Part shown: positions 19,601 through 26,574 of the stretch, piece after piece
How the letters are laid out: each line of letters begins with the position of its first letter
How positions within the stretch are numbered: the first letter of the stretch is position 1
Origin: Verrucomicrobiales bacterium
Lineage (GTDB): Bacteria > Verrucomicrobiota > Verrucomicrobiia > Verrucomicrobiales > V1-33
Length of the DNA stretch: 64,000 nucleotides
NCBI GenBank assembly: GCA_031411295.1
Contig: JANOAV010000091.1
Span: 13,838 to 77,837 of the forward strand
Direction: 5' to 3'
Made by a program: the position numbers and the translations under genes
Notes under the pieces: generated by a model
The model's database searches: none
Seen by the model: only the letters and a program-made list of their open reading frames with translations
What the model was told of the DNA's origin: nothing

Positions 19601-21850
19601 TGCGTTGCCTTTGCGTTGGGCTACGAAATTTAGCTCCAGCGTAGAAGCCTTGGCGAGGACAGACCGCTGCCGTGGACCATTGAGCGTATTGCCAAAGAAA
19701 TCCCCATCCAACGCCATCGCGGGAGAACTAATCGCCAGACTGCCACCATCCGCACCCCAGATGTAACCGGGATCGTAGTGACCATTGAGCATCCACGGCA
19801 CAGTATAGGTTTCAGTGACACCCCAGTGCGGGTGGTTCACCTTGAAAAGACCATCATAGACTCCGTTGTAGATCAAATCTGGCGTGGCGTCAGAGATTTC
19901 AAACAGGCGGCCATACGCCATGACGCGGCTCGTTTGCACGAATCCGCCTTCGTAGTTCGTCCAGCCAGCGGAAACGTCGATGGTGGCACCATTTTTGATC
20001 ACGGTGGAACTACCCGCATTCACCTTCACACTGCCGCCGGCCGTGGTTAGTTCACTCACCGTGCGTTGCACCAAATTCAGATAGCCCGTGAGATCTCCCA
20101 ATGGGGTCCCGACCCAGGTGAAGCCGTTATAAACGCCGGTCTTGCGCAGATCCACCACGAGGTTCACGCCGCGTAAGTTCCCCAATCGCTGCAATGGAGA
20201 GTCCGCCAATTCAGATCCGCGCAACTGCACCACAATAATATTTTCCGAGATCGGTGCCACTGCATCAGTCGTGCCAGCCACGCTAATCAACGCTCCCGGT
20301 TCCAGATAAACCTGACCATTGGAGAACATCATGGTCGAATCCTGACTCGCACCGCTAATGAAATTCCACACCCCTGCACTCAGCGTCACGCTGGCATTGG
20401 GAGCCAGAATGGTGGCATCGCTCGCCATGTGGATCGTCTTGCCGGAAATGTCAATCTTACTTGGCAAGGCCAGCTTCGCGCCAGCTACTTTGTCCGTGCT
20501 CGCCCACTCCGGCAGAATTTCAATGGCACTGCCTTTGCCCAGTTCGACGTGACCACTGGTCTTGTTCAGGAATGGCAGCGTTTGCGCGCCCGTCTCATTT
20601 CCCGCAGGGTTCGGAACCGCGTCGTAATTGGCTGAAAGGATGATGCTGCCATTGAGCGATACGGAAGTGCTGGCCTTGAGTCCGCCGAGTTGCTCCACGC
20701 GTTTCCCGGCCATGGTAATGTTTCCGCGCAGGGCTTCGATATAGCCGGTGTTCGTAACCGTGCCAGCGTAGGGAGCCAGGGCGGAAGCGGGATCAACCAC
20801 CGCACCAATGTAAGTATCCAGACCGCGCAGACTGGGATCACTGGTTTTGTGGGCCGTGAAGCCAACTTGCAATCCGGCCGCCAGAATCGTCTGTCCATCC
20901 GGTGTTAGGATAGTGCCCGCGTTGTTCACATTGGGTCCGATCAACGCGATGCGTCCGCCCACGCGATCGGCGGAAGTAGGGCTGCTCAGGATGGCTCCTG
21001 CCTGCACCGTGACATCGCCAATGCGGCCGTTAGGAGTGAGTGGCGCTGGCGGGGTGAAGGCGGGTGTGCCCTTGGCCCCCGCAGGAATGGACAAGGCGGA
21101 GAAGAGGAATTGGGAGTCGGGGTTGTTGAGCAATCCCCGGTTGATCAAATTGTCGTTTATCGGCAGGGAGGATGCGACTAACGTGTGGACGTTAACCTGG
21201 CTCCCACCGCCGAAAATGATGCCGTTCTGATTAATGATGTAAACTTGCCCAGGGGCCGTGATACTACCAAGGATCTGGGAGGGCGAACCGGATGGGTCCA
21301 ACACGCGATTGAAGGCAATCCATTGGCCGACGGCCGCACCTCCGGCACTCTGATCGAAATGCAGATTGGTATCACGACCAACGTTGAACGTGGTCCAGTT
21401 CAGGAGCGCCTGCTGACTGGTCTGCTTGACGGTCACATTGGTTAAGCCGCCAGCCGAAATTTGGGTGGGAGCCAGCGCACCCACCGCACTTTGAAACTGT
21501 AGTCCGCCTGGAGCCAAGCCATTTGGCACGTTAGGGAGTTGCATCCCAGGGTGATTTGGATCAGCCCCCGCATTGTTCGGACCGCTGCGTGCTGCAGCCT
21601 GGGCCGCCGCCTGCAAGTTCTTCACCGCTTGCAAGGCATTTGCAGTGCGGGATAAGGCATCCTTCGCATTGGTGCGGGCTTGCGCGGCCGTCGCATTCGT
21701 GGCGGCGGAATTTCCCTGCGGGTTCGGCACATTGGCGGACGCTCCACCACGCAGAATGTCCCCCGCCGGCAACGCGGAGGAGGACGCAAGCAATACCGCC
21801 GCGTGGCGCAGCCATTTTGCAATCACCATTGAATTAGGGGAGGGACTCAT
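10676..21850 (-). CDS. Filamentous haemagglutinin-family TpsA exoprotein (PdtA-like, C-terminal DUF3739-type domain), 3724 aa
   Basis: TPS secretion-domain motifs (QQALLNWTTFNVG; NRVLDPSGSPSQILGSITAPGQVYIINQNGIIFG). G/N/T/A-rich beta-helix repeats; family motifs YTLLPARYALLPGA and WWVDYSNFFEGVGALGGGNV. C-terminal SRIFTLRGGNIVIWSSAGDIAAG...LPSLVTVEIISYG. Cognate TpsB is in the same operon. Confidence 0.9.
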   Translation of the reverse strand: MSPSPNSMVIAKWLRHAAVLLASSSALPAGDILRGGASANVPNPQGNSAATNATAAQARTNAKDALSRTANALQAVKNLQAAAQAAARSGPNNAGADPNHPGMQLPNVPNGLAPGGLQFQSAVGALAPTQISAGGLTNVTVKQTSQQALLNWTTFNVGRDTNLHFDQSAGGAAVGQWIAFNRVLDPSGSPSQILGSITAPGQVYIINQNGIIFGGGSQVNVHTLVASSLPINDNLINRGLLNNPDSQFLFSALSIPAGAKGTPAFTPPAPLTPNGRIGDVTVQAGAILSSPTSADRVGGRIALIGPNVNNAGTILTPDGQTILAAGLQVGFTAHKTSDPSLRGLDTYIGAVVDPASALAPYAGTVTNTGYIEALRGNITMAGKRVEQLGGLKASTSVSLNGSIILSANYDAVPNPAGNETGAQTLPFLNKTSGHVELGKGSAIEILPEWASTDKVAGAKLALPSKIDISGKTIHMASDATILAPNASVTLSAGVWNFISGASQDSTMMFSNGQVYLEPGALISVAGTTDAVAPISENIIVVQLRGSELADSPLQRLGNLRGVNLVVDLRKTGVYNGFTWVGTPLGDLTGYLNLVQRTVSELTTAGGSVKVNAGSSTVIKNGATIDVSAGWTNYEGGFVQTSRVMAYGRLFEISDATPDLIYNGVYDGLFKVNHPHWGVTETYTVPWMLNGHYDPGYIWGADGGSLAISSPAMALDGDFFGNTLNGPRQRSVLAKASTLELNFVAQRKGNAGLPVEFSPTPPAISFGDGSQSEPGPFVVNATGDPAPLRADRVARVLLSPSLFNERGFGNMTVNNPDGSITVPSGIDLTGPAGGSLTLAGANIRVEGNVTVPAGNLKLTAYNISPGAVPFLTAEPTANIGRGNVTVAPGANLSTAGLLVDDRLSSPNPLTLPLLTNGGTIAINTFSANLQRGATIDVSGGIAIGATGRQTYGNGGNLIINTGRDVSRPGVTGGTLELGATLRGFAGVGAKGASLTLQALLLQIGGRSAYPGTTILQPEFFSEGGFTTFNISGIGAATDDPEKFIPGLIIAPNTTINPQVASLLAVPYPQNHLTFATTTALYPEGMRPALSLNFGAVSVSDDYTGSLKIRGDLVFGQGAVVRTNPLGNVGLKADTIAFLGSIIAPGGTITLTGANRFPSNATPTQALPTVYLGPRSLLSTAGTVVLQPDAYGRRVGTVLPGGTVSVAGNIVGARGSVIDVSGASGILDLHPNYLGSETSPLVLTSSGLTTPLYRFLNVATQVDSNGGTVILRGGQELFVDSTIKGFAGGPTATGGSLIVTSGRYYDPLATPTPLDTSLLVKQSGWTLPAGFAGIGNPVVDGSGTPIPGMGYFSANTFLRGGFDSLTLGGSGAVEFRGPITIDARASLYIANSGFIRADDTVNLSAPYVALGQAFLLPSNPLDVVTKVPDAKPTYGAGILNVRADHIDIGNLSLQGIGQANLIANGGDIRGSGSLNIAGNLTMRAAQIYPAAATSFTINVADYLHGGLLKSGTVNFESSGVRNLPLEAGGTLNVFASIINQGGTLRAPLGIINLGWDGTGTAPLDSFSGLAVTATKQVNLLPGSITSVSGIDPITGQGVVFPYGIIQNGTSWIDPAGNDITTTGPPAKAINIAGASVNTMAGSVIDISGGGELYAYRWIQGIGGTKDILASTTSFAVIPGYNANFAPFGAFNNSSNAGNLGGDPGYVNSGLRPGDQVYLGASESLKAGVYTLLPARYALLPGAVLVTPQSGIPIGTFKKDDGASLVSGYRYNSLNGERSVPEIFSRWEVAPSSVVRQRSEYQDYFANAWFAESATKRGVTTPRLPIDAGQLVLAATTSMAVNGTVNATTSGGRGGLIDISSPLDILISGSSSTPAPGSLVLNAGQLNGFGAASLLIGGVRKFGPDGTSVTVKTNRLTVDNAGTPLTGSDIVLVSNQNLTLAPGASITVTGTQAGSADTILLGSSTAGSGNGLLVRLSSDPNAQVVRSGVTGSTVPQMTVGAGVILSGPSVTLDSTYGTNLSPTASLLGQTVNLNSGQISLALNNPGALQPTAGLVLAGAALANLQSASSLNFLSYSSLDIYGTGQVGTSNLANLGIHAAEIRGFNTGGGTATFTAQNVVLDNSPGRTAPGIVAAPTGNFVINADTLRLGKGGLAIDQYTNVSLNATSGIINEGTGTMNVAGNLTLTTPVLTGAAGSSQSISAGGALVIQKPVGGGTANVTGGLGASLNLTGASVSQSSDILLPSGVLNIRATSGNLAISGNLNLAGTMQTIHDLSKPTDGGQVKLTADAGNVTIANGSLVNVAAPAAGGNAGSVVVSSPLGNFVLNGVMAGQGGSGGRNGEFTLDAATIPDLLGLNQTLNTAGFTAARNLRVRTGNVILDGISNAQIFRLSVDAGTLTVNGTINAAGVEGGTIALDANGALIINSTAVLTTAAQRFSAAGKGGDISLATRGNAGGQLELLAGSTINLTVAENSAASAANGLFTGTLHLRAPQNAGSTDLALSSIDSTILGASSVVAEGYKLFELNNAAGSTITSTVQTNVRNNGIAFVGDAGVAAAGYDAMLNRLTSTNLVLRNSLVIQPGAEIVNRTGDLILGTTASTNTSDWNLANNRFGPKSAPGDLTLRAAGNLTFYNAISDGFVSSAYTSLLLDQNPLLGANQQSYSYNLTAGADFAAADVRQVRPIATLGATSGLLQLGKNGGLNLASTPGNNATTASAVNNRFQVIRTGSGTINLAAARDVQLLNQFATIYTAGTKVVDATMGGQFDIPVISLSGNQGALGAIQQSPGYAPQYALAGGNISIFAQGDIKHLTKNTAGALIDDSSRELPYNWLYRRGALDANGNFALSRNNEIASTSWWVDYSNFFEGVGALGGGNVSLVAGGNIKNVDAVAPTNARMTKTTPSTATLIELGGGNVTINAGGNIDGGAYYVERGQGRLIASGEITTNSTRTPSLGSIISQAPQDSRTWLPTALFLGKGGFDVSARKDLLLGPTVNPFWLPQGYSNTYWYKTYFNTYDSKSSVTASSLTGNVTLRTEVTTANSTAPVPVLQAWFENINKLTDNSVSRYQPWLKVVEADVGVFGITASLLPGTLKATSFSGNVNLQGSLTLAPAPAGTVELVAASAINGLQATGFDAGTNANIWTTSTINLSDSNPDALPGQRSPYAFQALLGSNFSVATRARATPANLLDFIAAHFAESGSIVQNLSDKQNLHAAGPLHSGDTKPVYLYAGTGDISGLELFTGKAARITAGRDVRDISFYIQNLSTQDVSLVSAGRDILPYDATAPLRISATTGGNALATGETPKLGDLQISGPGTLEVLAGRHIDLGTGASLNDGTGTGITSIGNARNPNLPFAGASVIVGAGIGSAAGLESSTLDFDGFIAQYVTAANLAKYQTELSASFPSLTGGNFTSLPVEEQHRIALEVFYKLLRDSGREHNLTVGPNAGTYASGLAAIASLFPNAGTEGDVTTQSRDIRTKSGGDISIFSPGGKLTLATSVIGTPLAPPGIITEGGGNISVFTNGNVDLGISRIFTLRGGNIVIWSSAGDIAAGSASKTVASAPPTRVIIDPQSGDVKVDLAGLATGGGIGVLATVAGLAPGSVDLIAVAGKIDAGDAGIRSAGTLNLAAPVIANAGNIAAGGATSGAPAVAAPSAPSVAAAPPPPPQPSGSNPTTTATPPPPKDPEVLPSLVTVEIISYGGGGSTDEDKDEEERKKREREAQEAQEAKAAEKLQ

Positions 21851-21864
21851 GGGATGAATAAATG

Positions 21865-22779
21865 TTATTGGCCCAGTTTTTTAAGTTCCTGGGCCAAGGT
21901 TACTTCGTTAATGACCAGCGGGTTGTCCGACAACATCTTGGCGAGGAACTCCTTGGTGTTGGCGGCTAATTTTTCGGAGCGAAGTTGTTGGCGCAATTTC
22001 TCGCGCACTTCGCCCAACGTGGGTGTGTTCGGCTCTTTGCTGTCGAGCACCTTGATGACATGCCAGCCGTCATCCAGCTTCAATGGCTCGGAAATGGAGC
22101 CCAGTTTCAGGTTGGGCAATTGCGTGCGAATCTCCGGTTGGATCTCGCCTTCCGCCACCCAGCCGATCTCACCACCTTGACCTGCACTAATCTTTTCATC
22201 GCTGAACTCACTGGCGAGTGCTTTGAAGTCGGGGGCCTTGGCTGCCAAAGCCTTCTTGACAGATTTGAGTTTTCCATCGGCCTTTTCCTTGGTGGCAGCA
22301 TCAGCTCCCTTGGCCAGAGCAATGTAAATTTGCGCCAAGCGAAATTGCCGTGGCACCAACAACGAGGCCCGATTGGTGTTGTAGTAAGTCTCCAGTTCGG
22401 CCTCGCTGGGAAAGGCTTCTGCTGGTTCCGACTGAGCGCGCAGATAGGATTCTGTCAGGGTGCTCTCGATGACTCGCTGAATCTGCGATTTCACTTCCGG
22501 CTTCTCATCCCATTTGCTTTCACGGACCTTTTCCAAAACCAACTTTTGCACCAGTAGCGAGCGCACCAATTGGTTCATCAGATTGGGGTTGGCAGCCACT
22601 GCCGCAGCCTCTTTGCTGCCAAGATTTCCCAGGGTTGCTTTGAGGTCATCCACCTTGATTTCCGTAGTGCCAATCTTGCCGACGACATCGTCGGCCAGAA
22701 CCACAGAAGGGCTGGCAACAAACCACAGCACCACCGCACTGAGGATGCGAAAAGATTGGCTATGATTTCGGTTTGGCAT
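21865..22779 (-). CDS. PpiC/parvulin-type peptidyl-prolyl isomerase (SurA/PrsA-like chaperone)
   Basis: Signal peptide; FRLAQIYI, FKALASEFSDEKISAGQGGEIGWV, ISEPLKLDDGWHVIKV rotamase motifs. Start reassigned to MPNRNHS. Confidence 0.9.
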   Translation of the reverse strand: MPNRNHSQSFRILSAVVLWFVASPSVVLADDVVGKIGTTEIKVDDLKATLGNLGSKEAAAVAANPNLMNQLVRSLLVQKLVLEKVRESKWDEKPEVKSQIQRVIESTLTESYLRAQSEPAEAFPSEAELETYYNTNRASLLVPRQFRLAQIYIALAKGADAATKEKADGKLKSVKKALAAKAPDFKALASEFSDEKISAGQGGEIGWVAEGEIQPEIRTQLPNLKLGSISEPLKLDDGWHVIKVLDSKEPNTPTLGEVREKLRQQLRSEKLAANTKEFLAKMLSDNPLVINEVTLAQELKKLGQ

Positions 22780-23536
22780 CGGTTTTGGGTGCTTCCTTGG
22801 CAGGGGCAGGCGCTGGTTTGGCGGCTGCCGCAGCAGCTTTGCTTCCATCCGGCTTGATCTTCGAGTCCTGCAGCTTGTCCGCATAATCCTGCACCAGCGT
22901 TTCCAGCTTCACTTTGGAAAGTCCGGTAAAGGGTTCTTTGGAAAGCAGGGCGCGACCCAGCCCGTAGTTTTCATAACGGGTTAGGATTTCCTTGCCGAGC
23001 TTATACAGTTCGATGTTCTTGCGCTCGCGGTCCAGCACCTTGCGATCCAGTCGAATGACTTCATCTGCCAGGCGGGAACGTTCGGATTCCTTGGTCTTGG
23101 CCGTGCTTTCCATCTTGCCGTAACCTTCCTGCCACTTTTTCAGGGACTCATTCAGGGTGCCGATTTGTTTGGTGGCATCTTCGTTTTTGGCGGTCAGATC
23201 GGCCTGCACTTTGTCGGCTTTGGTCTTATCCTCGGCACTGTTCTTCAAGGCTTGATCCAACTTGGCCTTCAGGTCCTTGTTGGCAGCTTCGGCCTCATCT
23301 TTGGCGGCCTGCATCGTAGCCGTCTCACTCTGGGCGGTGCGCAGTTGCAGCGTGATATTCTTTAACTGCTCGCGCAGTTTGGCCAACTGAGGATCTGGAC
23401 CTGCCGGCGCTTGGGCGTGAGCGTGGCAACTCAACAGCAGCAGGCACAGAAAGGAGCAGGCGCGGCTCGCGCCTGTGAAAGCTCGGACGAATGGTCGGGG
23501 CGAGCCGCCCCGACTCCATGGAAATAAATTTATCAT
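22760..23536 (-). CDS. Exported coiled-coil protein of the TPS-TonB cluster
   Basis: Signal peptide (..HAHA|QAP), long heptad-rich K/E/A/Q segment, C-terminal EPFTGLSKVKLETLVQDYADKL. Start reassigned to MINLFPW (23536), adjacent to the porin stop. Confidence 0.75.
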   Translation of the reverse strand: MINLFPWSRGGSPRPFVRAFTGASRACSFLCLLLLSCHAHAQAPAGPDPQLAKLREQLKNITLQLRTAQSETATMQAAKDEAEAANKDLKAKLDQALKNSAEDKTKADKVQADLTAKNEDATKQIGTLNESLKKWQEGYGKMESTAKTKESERSRLADEVIRLDRKVLDRERKNIELYKLGKEILTRYENYGLGRALLSKEPFTGLSKVKLETLVQDYADKLQDSKIKPDGSKAAAAAAKPAPAPAKEAPKTDAKPKS

Positions 23537-23537
23537 G

Positions 23538-25442
23538 TTAGAATTTGGTGCTGATGTCGATGAAGAAGGTGTCGCTCTTGAGCGGCGGCCCGGCAATTTG
23601 CTCTGCGCTCATCCATTGCACGCCGAGTTTGACGCGCTTCGAAAGAGCAATCGAGCCTCCCACCACGAACCCTTTGGCATTCGTCCCGCCACCTGCGAAT
23701 TCGGAATCGGTGAAACCATCGATGACCGCATCGGATTCCACATAGCGATACCCCAGGAATGCGCTCCAGTCACCCCGCTTCTGGAAGCTGGGTTTGCCGA
23801 TTTGTAGCTGCACCATCCAAGCAGTGTCCCCGCCTTCATACGGGCCCACTTCGGTCGGGGTGGTCTTCGGGGTAGTGTCTGCGGTGGTGGTCGTGGTGGC
23901 CGTGCCATCAGGCGCGGTCGTGGTCACCTCCACGGTTGGTGGCGCGGGATTGGGTCCGCGGTTGTTGACCGCACGGGAGTTGATCTTTTCTTGATCAAAC
24001 GCCAAATTCTTCAGATACTCACCTTTGAGTGAGATCTGACAAGGCTCCCAGTTGTTGAAATCAAGTTTCCCGGTAATCGCCAGCACTTGGAAGGGCGTCG
24101 CCAAACCAAAATACTGGTATTGATTGGTAGTGCCGAAGTTGTTAAGTGGGCTCGGCACAATATTCCGCAGCGCCATGTAGGTATTTCCCCGCTGGGCAAA
24201 AGAAGGACGCGTGTTGTCGGTATTGCCGGCATCAGACGCGCTGAGCGGAAGATATGGATCAGAGAGCTTCCCTTCCACACCTTGGAAATGATAGTAAGCT
24301 GCCGCCAGCTTGGCATCCACCTTCTTGGTAATCTGCCAGTCGAAACCGGCCTGCGCTGCGTAAAGCCATTTATCGGTGCTCTTGAACTTGCTGGGCTGGT
24401 TGCTGCTGAAGTTCATGTCGTTGTTAAAAACCGGGGAGAGACTTCCTGTCACAAACGGCGTGAAGCCAGGGGCAATCTCATACTTGCCTTGCAGGGCTAA
24501 TCCATCGAAGCCGATGTCTTCGTCAAACATCACGTCCGAGCAGAAGTAAGGGTTGTCGAAACGGCCGAAAAAGACCGCCAGTTCCTTGTTGGGAACGTCA
24601 CCCAATTCCCACTTCATAAATGCCCGGTCCAACCAAATGGCATATTTGCTGAAGTTACCGCCCTGACCTTGATTGGCCAAGCCCAGACTTTGGTTCGTGG
24701 TCACGGGGGAATTGTTTTCGCCTGTCCCGAGGCGCAATCCGCCCGTGAATCCTTCTCCCAGATCCAACTCCGTTCCCATGCGAGCGCGGAGGCGGAAGCG
24801 TTGCCGATCGGCATCGACGTTGTATTGAGGAGAAAAGACCGTTCCCGCAGTATCAAACGGAGCACCCGTATTGATTGCATTGAAATTAGGGAATGCTCCG
24901 GTGTTATCATTGCCGACCGGGTAGCTATCGATTTCGTAGCGCAGACGAATATCGCCAAAGGGCTTCCAGCGTGACACCCAGTCTGGGACCTGTCCTGCTC
25001 CCGTCCATTTTTCAGCCTTGGCAGCTGCGAGGACGTCATCCTTGATTTCGTCGCGAATTTGCTCACGCACCGTTTCTGGAATGTAGGGCACACGCATGTC
25101 GTTCTCGCCCAGTGGATCTGCAGTGGCGGCGGCAGCGGCTTCGGCCCGTGCGTTGGCGGCATCTTGCTCCGCTTGCAGGATCAGAGCCTGACTCTCGGCT
25201 TTGGTTATGGAGCCCTTCATTTCCAAAAGTCGCAGCAAGTTCACCATCGCATTCTGCGAGGGCGCGGCCTGAGGATTGACCAGCTCCGCTGCCGGAGCCG
25301 CCCGTCCATCGCCCTCGGCCTGCGGCAAGGGTTGCTCAAGCGGCGGCAAGTCTGTCGTCTGCGCGGAAGCGGAGGCCAGGCAAATGCTCGTGGCGAGAGC
25401 CCACGGTAGGTGGCGAGTAAATTTCGTGTTCAGAGTAATCAT
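23538..25442 (-). CDS. Putative outer-membrane porin (Porin_5-type) with periplasmic N-terminal helical extension
   Basis: Signal peptide; LLRLLEMKGSITKAES N-terminal motif; FGDIRLRYE, RQRFRLRAR, PVTTNQSL, IWLDRAF, DAVIDGFTDSEF beta-barrel motifs; C-terminal aromatic residue (..IDISTKF). Confidence 0.85.
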   Translation of the reverse strand: MITLNTKFTRHLPWALATSICLASASAQTTDLPPLEQPLPQAEGDGRAAPAAELVNPQAAPSQNAMVNLLRLLEMKGSITKAESQALILQAEQDAANARAEAAAAATADPLGENDMRVPYIPETVREQIRDEIKDDVLAAAKAEKWTGAGQVPDWVSRWKPFGDIRLRYEIDSYPVGNDNTGAFPNFNAINTGAPFDTAGTVFSPQYNVDADRQRFRLRARMGTELDLGEGFTGGLRLGTGENNSPVTTNQSLGLANQGQGGNFSKYAIWLDRAFMKWELGDVPNKELAVFFGRFDNPYFCSDVMFDEDIGFDGLALQGKYEIAPGFTPFVTGSLSPVFNNDMNFSSNQPSKFKSTDKWLYAAQAGFDWQITKKVDAKLAAAYYHFQGVEGKLSDPYLPLSASDAGNTDNTRPSFAQRGNTYMALRNIVPSPLNNFGTTNQYQYFGLATPFQVLAITGKLDFNNWEPCQISLKGEYLKNLAFDQEKINSRAVNNRGPNPAPPTVEVTTTAPDGTATTTTTADTTPKTTPTEVGPYEGGDTAWMVQLQIGKPSFQKRGDWSAFLGYRYVESDAVIDGFTDSEFAGGGTNAKGFVVGGSIALSKRVKLGVQWMSAEQIAGPPLKSDTFFIDISTKF

Positions 25443-25465
25443 ATGGGGTTGAGAAATTGTAGCGA

Positions 25466-26164
25466 CTAGTTAGGTCGGGCGATGGTGATTCGCATGTTGA
25501 TGGGCATGGGCATCCCCACTGGCGGGGCCTCCGGGAGCTGGAAGCCTTGTAAAATGGAGGAATCCATGGTTTGGGCGACTTTCGAATCGCCACTGACATT
25601 CTTGAGCACCGCCTTCGTGACCCGACCCGTAGAGTCTGACCAAAGGCTGGCTTCGCATTTCAAATCAGCGGTCTTGGTGGCACTATGCTGGCGGAGCGCA
25701 CCTACAAGTGCCTTTTGCGTGGCGATCACAAAGCCGTCAAATTTCCCACGTTTCTTGCCGCCACCAATGGTGCCGGTTCCCTTACGACCATTTCCGCCTG
25801 GCAGAATTCCACCAGGAGCAGAAGGCGCAGTGCTAGAGGGTGGCGCGGCATCAGGTGGGGTTTCCGGAGTGTCTGGCGTTTCCACCGGTGTTTCCTGCTT
25901 CACGATTTCTTCTTCCTTCGGAGGCTCTATTTTTGGCGGTGGTGGTGGCGGTGGTGGTGGCATCGGCACTGACATCGAAATGGGAATTTCCCGCTCCACC
26001 TTGGCCACTTTCACCTTCTCAGGCGTTGGTCGCGTGCCCACATAGGCAGCCGCGCCAACGAGAGCTAGCAGAATACCAAAGAACGTGACCGGGCTGCGTT
26101 TCCACATGGGGCGATCATCATAATCGTCCTCATAATCGTCTTTCGGTGATGGGTTGTTTGCCAT
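25466..26164 (-). CDS. TonB/TolA-like energy transducer
   Basis: One N-terminal TM helix, poly-Pro/Glu linker (PMPPPPPPPPPKIEPPKEEE), TonB/TolA-like C-domain (LWSDSTGRVTKAVLKNVSGDSKV...PPVGMPMPINMRI). Immediately follows exbD. Confidence 0.8.
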   Translation of the reverse strand: MANNPSPKDDYEDDYDDRPMWKRSPVTFFGILLALVGAAAYVGTRPTPEKVKVAKVEREIPISMSVPMPPPPPPPPPKIEPPKEEEIVKQETPVETPDTPETPPDAAPPSSTAPSAPGGILPGGNGRKGTGTIGGGKKRGKFDGFVIATQKALVGALRQHSATKTADLKCEASLWSDSTGRVTKAVLKNVSGDSKVAQTMDSSILQGFQLPEAPPVGMPMPINMRITIARPN

Positions 26165-26172
26165 GGGATTAG

Positions 26173-26568
26173 TTATGGTTTCTCGGCAGCGAGGTTGATT
26201 TCAGTGATGCCCATTTTGTTGAGGGTGTCTAAGACGGGCCAAAGGGACTGGTATTGCGTTCCATTATCTCCGCGCAGGATCACTGGGGAATCAGGAAACT
26301 TCGTGCGCCATTGCGCCACCCGCGCCTCCATGTTGGCCACCGGAACTGGCGGATCGCGATCGACCTGCACACTGCCAGAGGCTTGGACGGTGATGGAGAG
26401 TGGTTTCTTGAGGGATAAACTTGGCGCAGCGCTGCTCTTCGGGAGCTTCACCTTCATGCCCTGCACGCTGGCAGTGGTCATAATGATGAAGATGAGTAGG
26501 AGCACCAGATAGAGGTCCACCATCGGGGTGACGTTGATGTCGTCGTAAGATTTTTCGTCGGCATTCAT
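26173..26568 (-). CDS. exbD: Biopolymer transport protein ExbD/TolR
   Basis: INVTPMVDLYLVLLLIFII with the conserved TM Asp; VILRGDNGTQYQ motif. Confidence 0.92.
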   Translation of the reverse strand: MNADEKSYDDINVTPMVDLYLVLLLIFIIMTTASVQGMKVKLPKSSAAPSLSLKKPLSITVQASGSVQVDRDPPVPVANMEARVAQWRTKFPDSPVILRGDNGTQYQSLWPVLDTLNKMGITEINLAAEKP

Positions 26569-26574
26569 GGGTAA

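Noticed and set aside
10676..21850. Interpretation as a contact-dependent inhibition (CdiA) toxin
   Set aside because: No VENN/pre-toxin junction, no toxin-like C-terminus and no downstream immunity ORF; the C-terminus is DUF3739-like.
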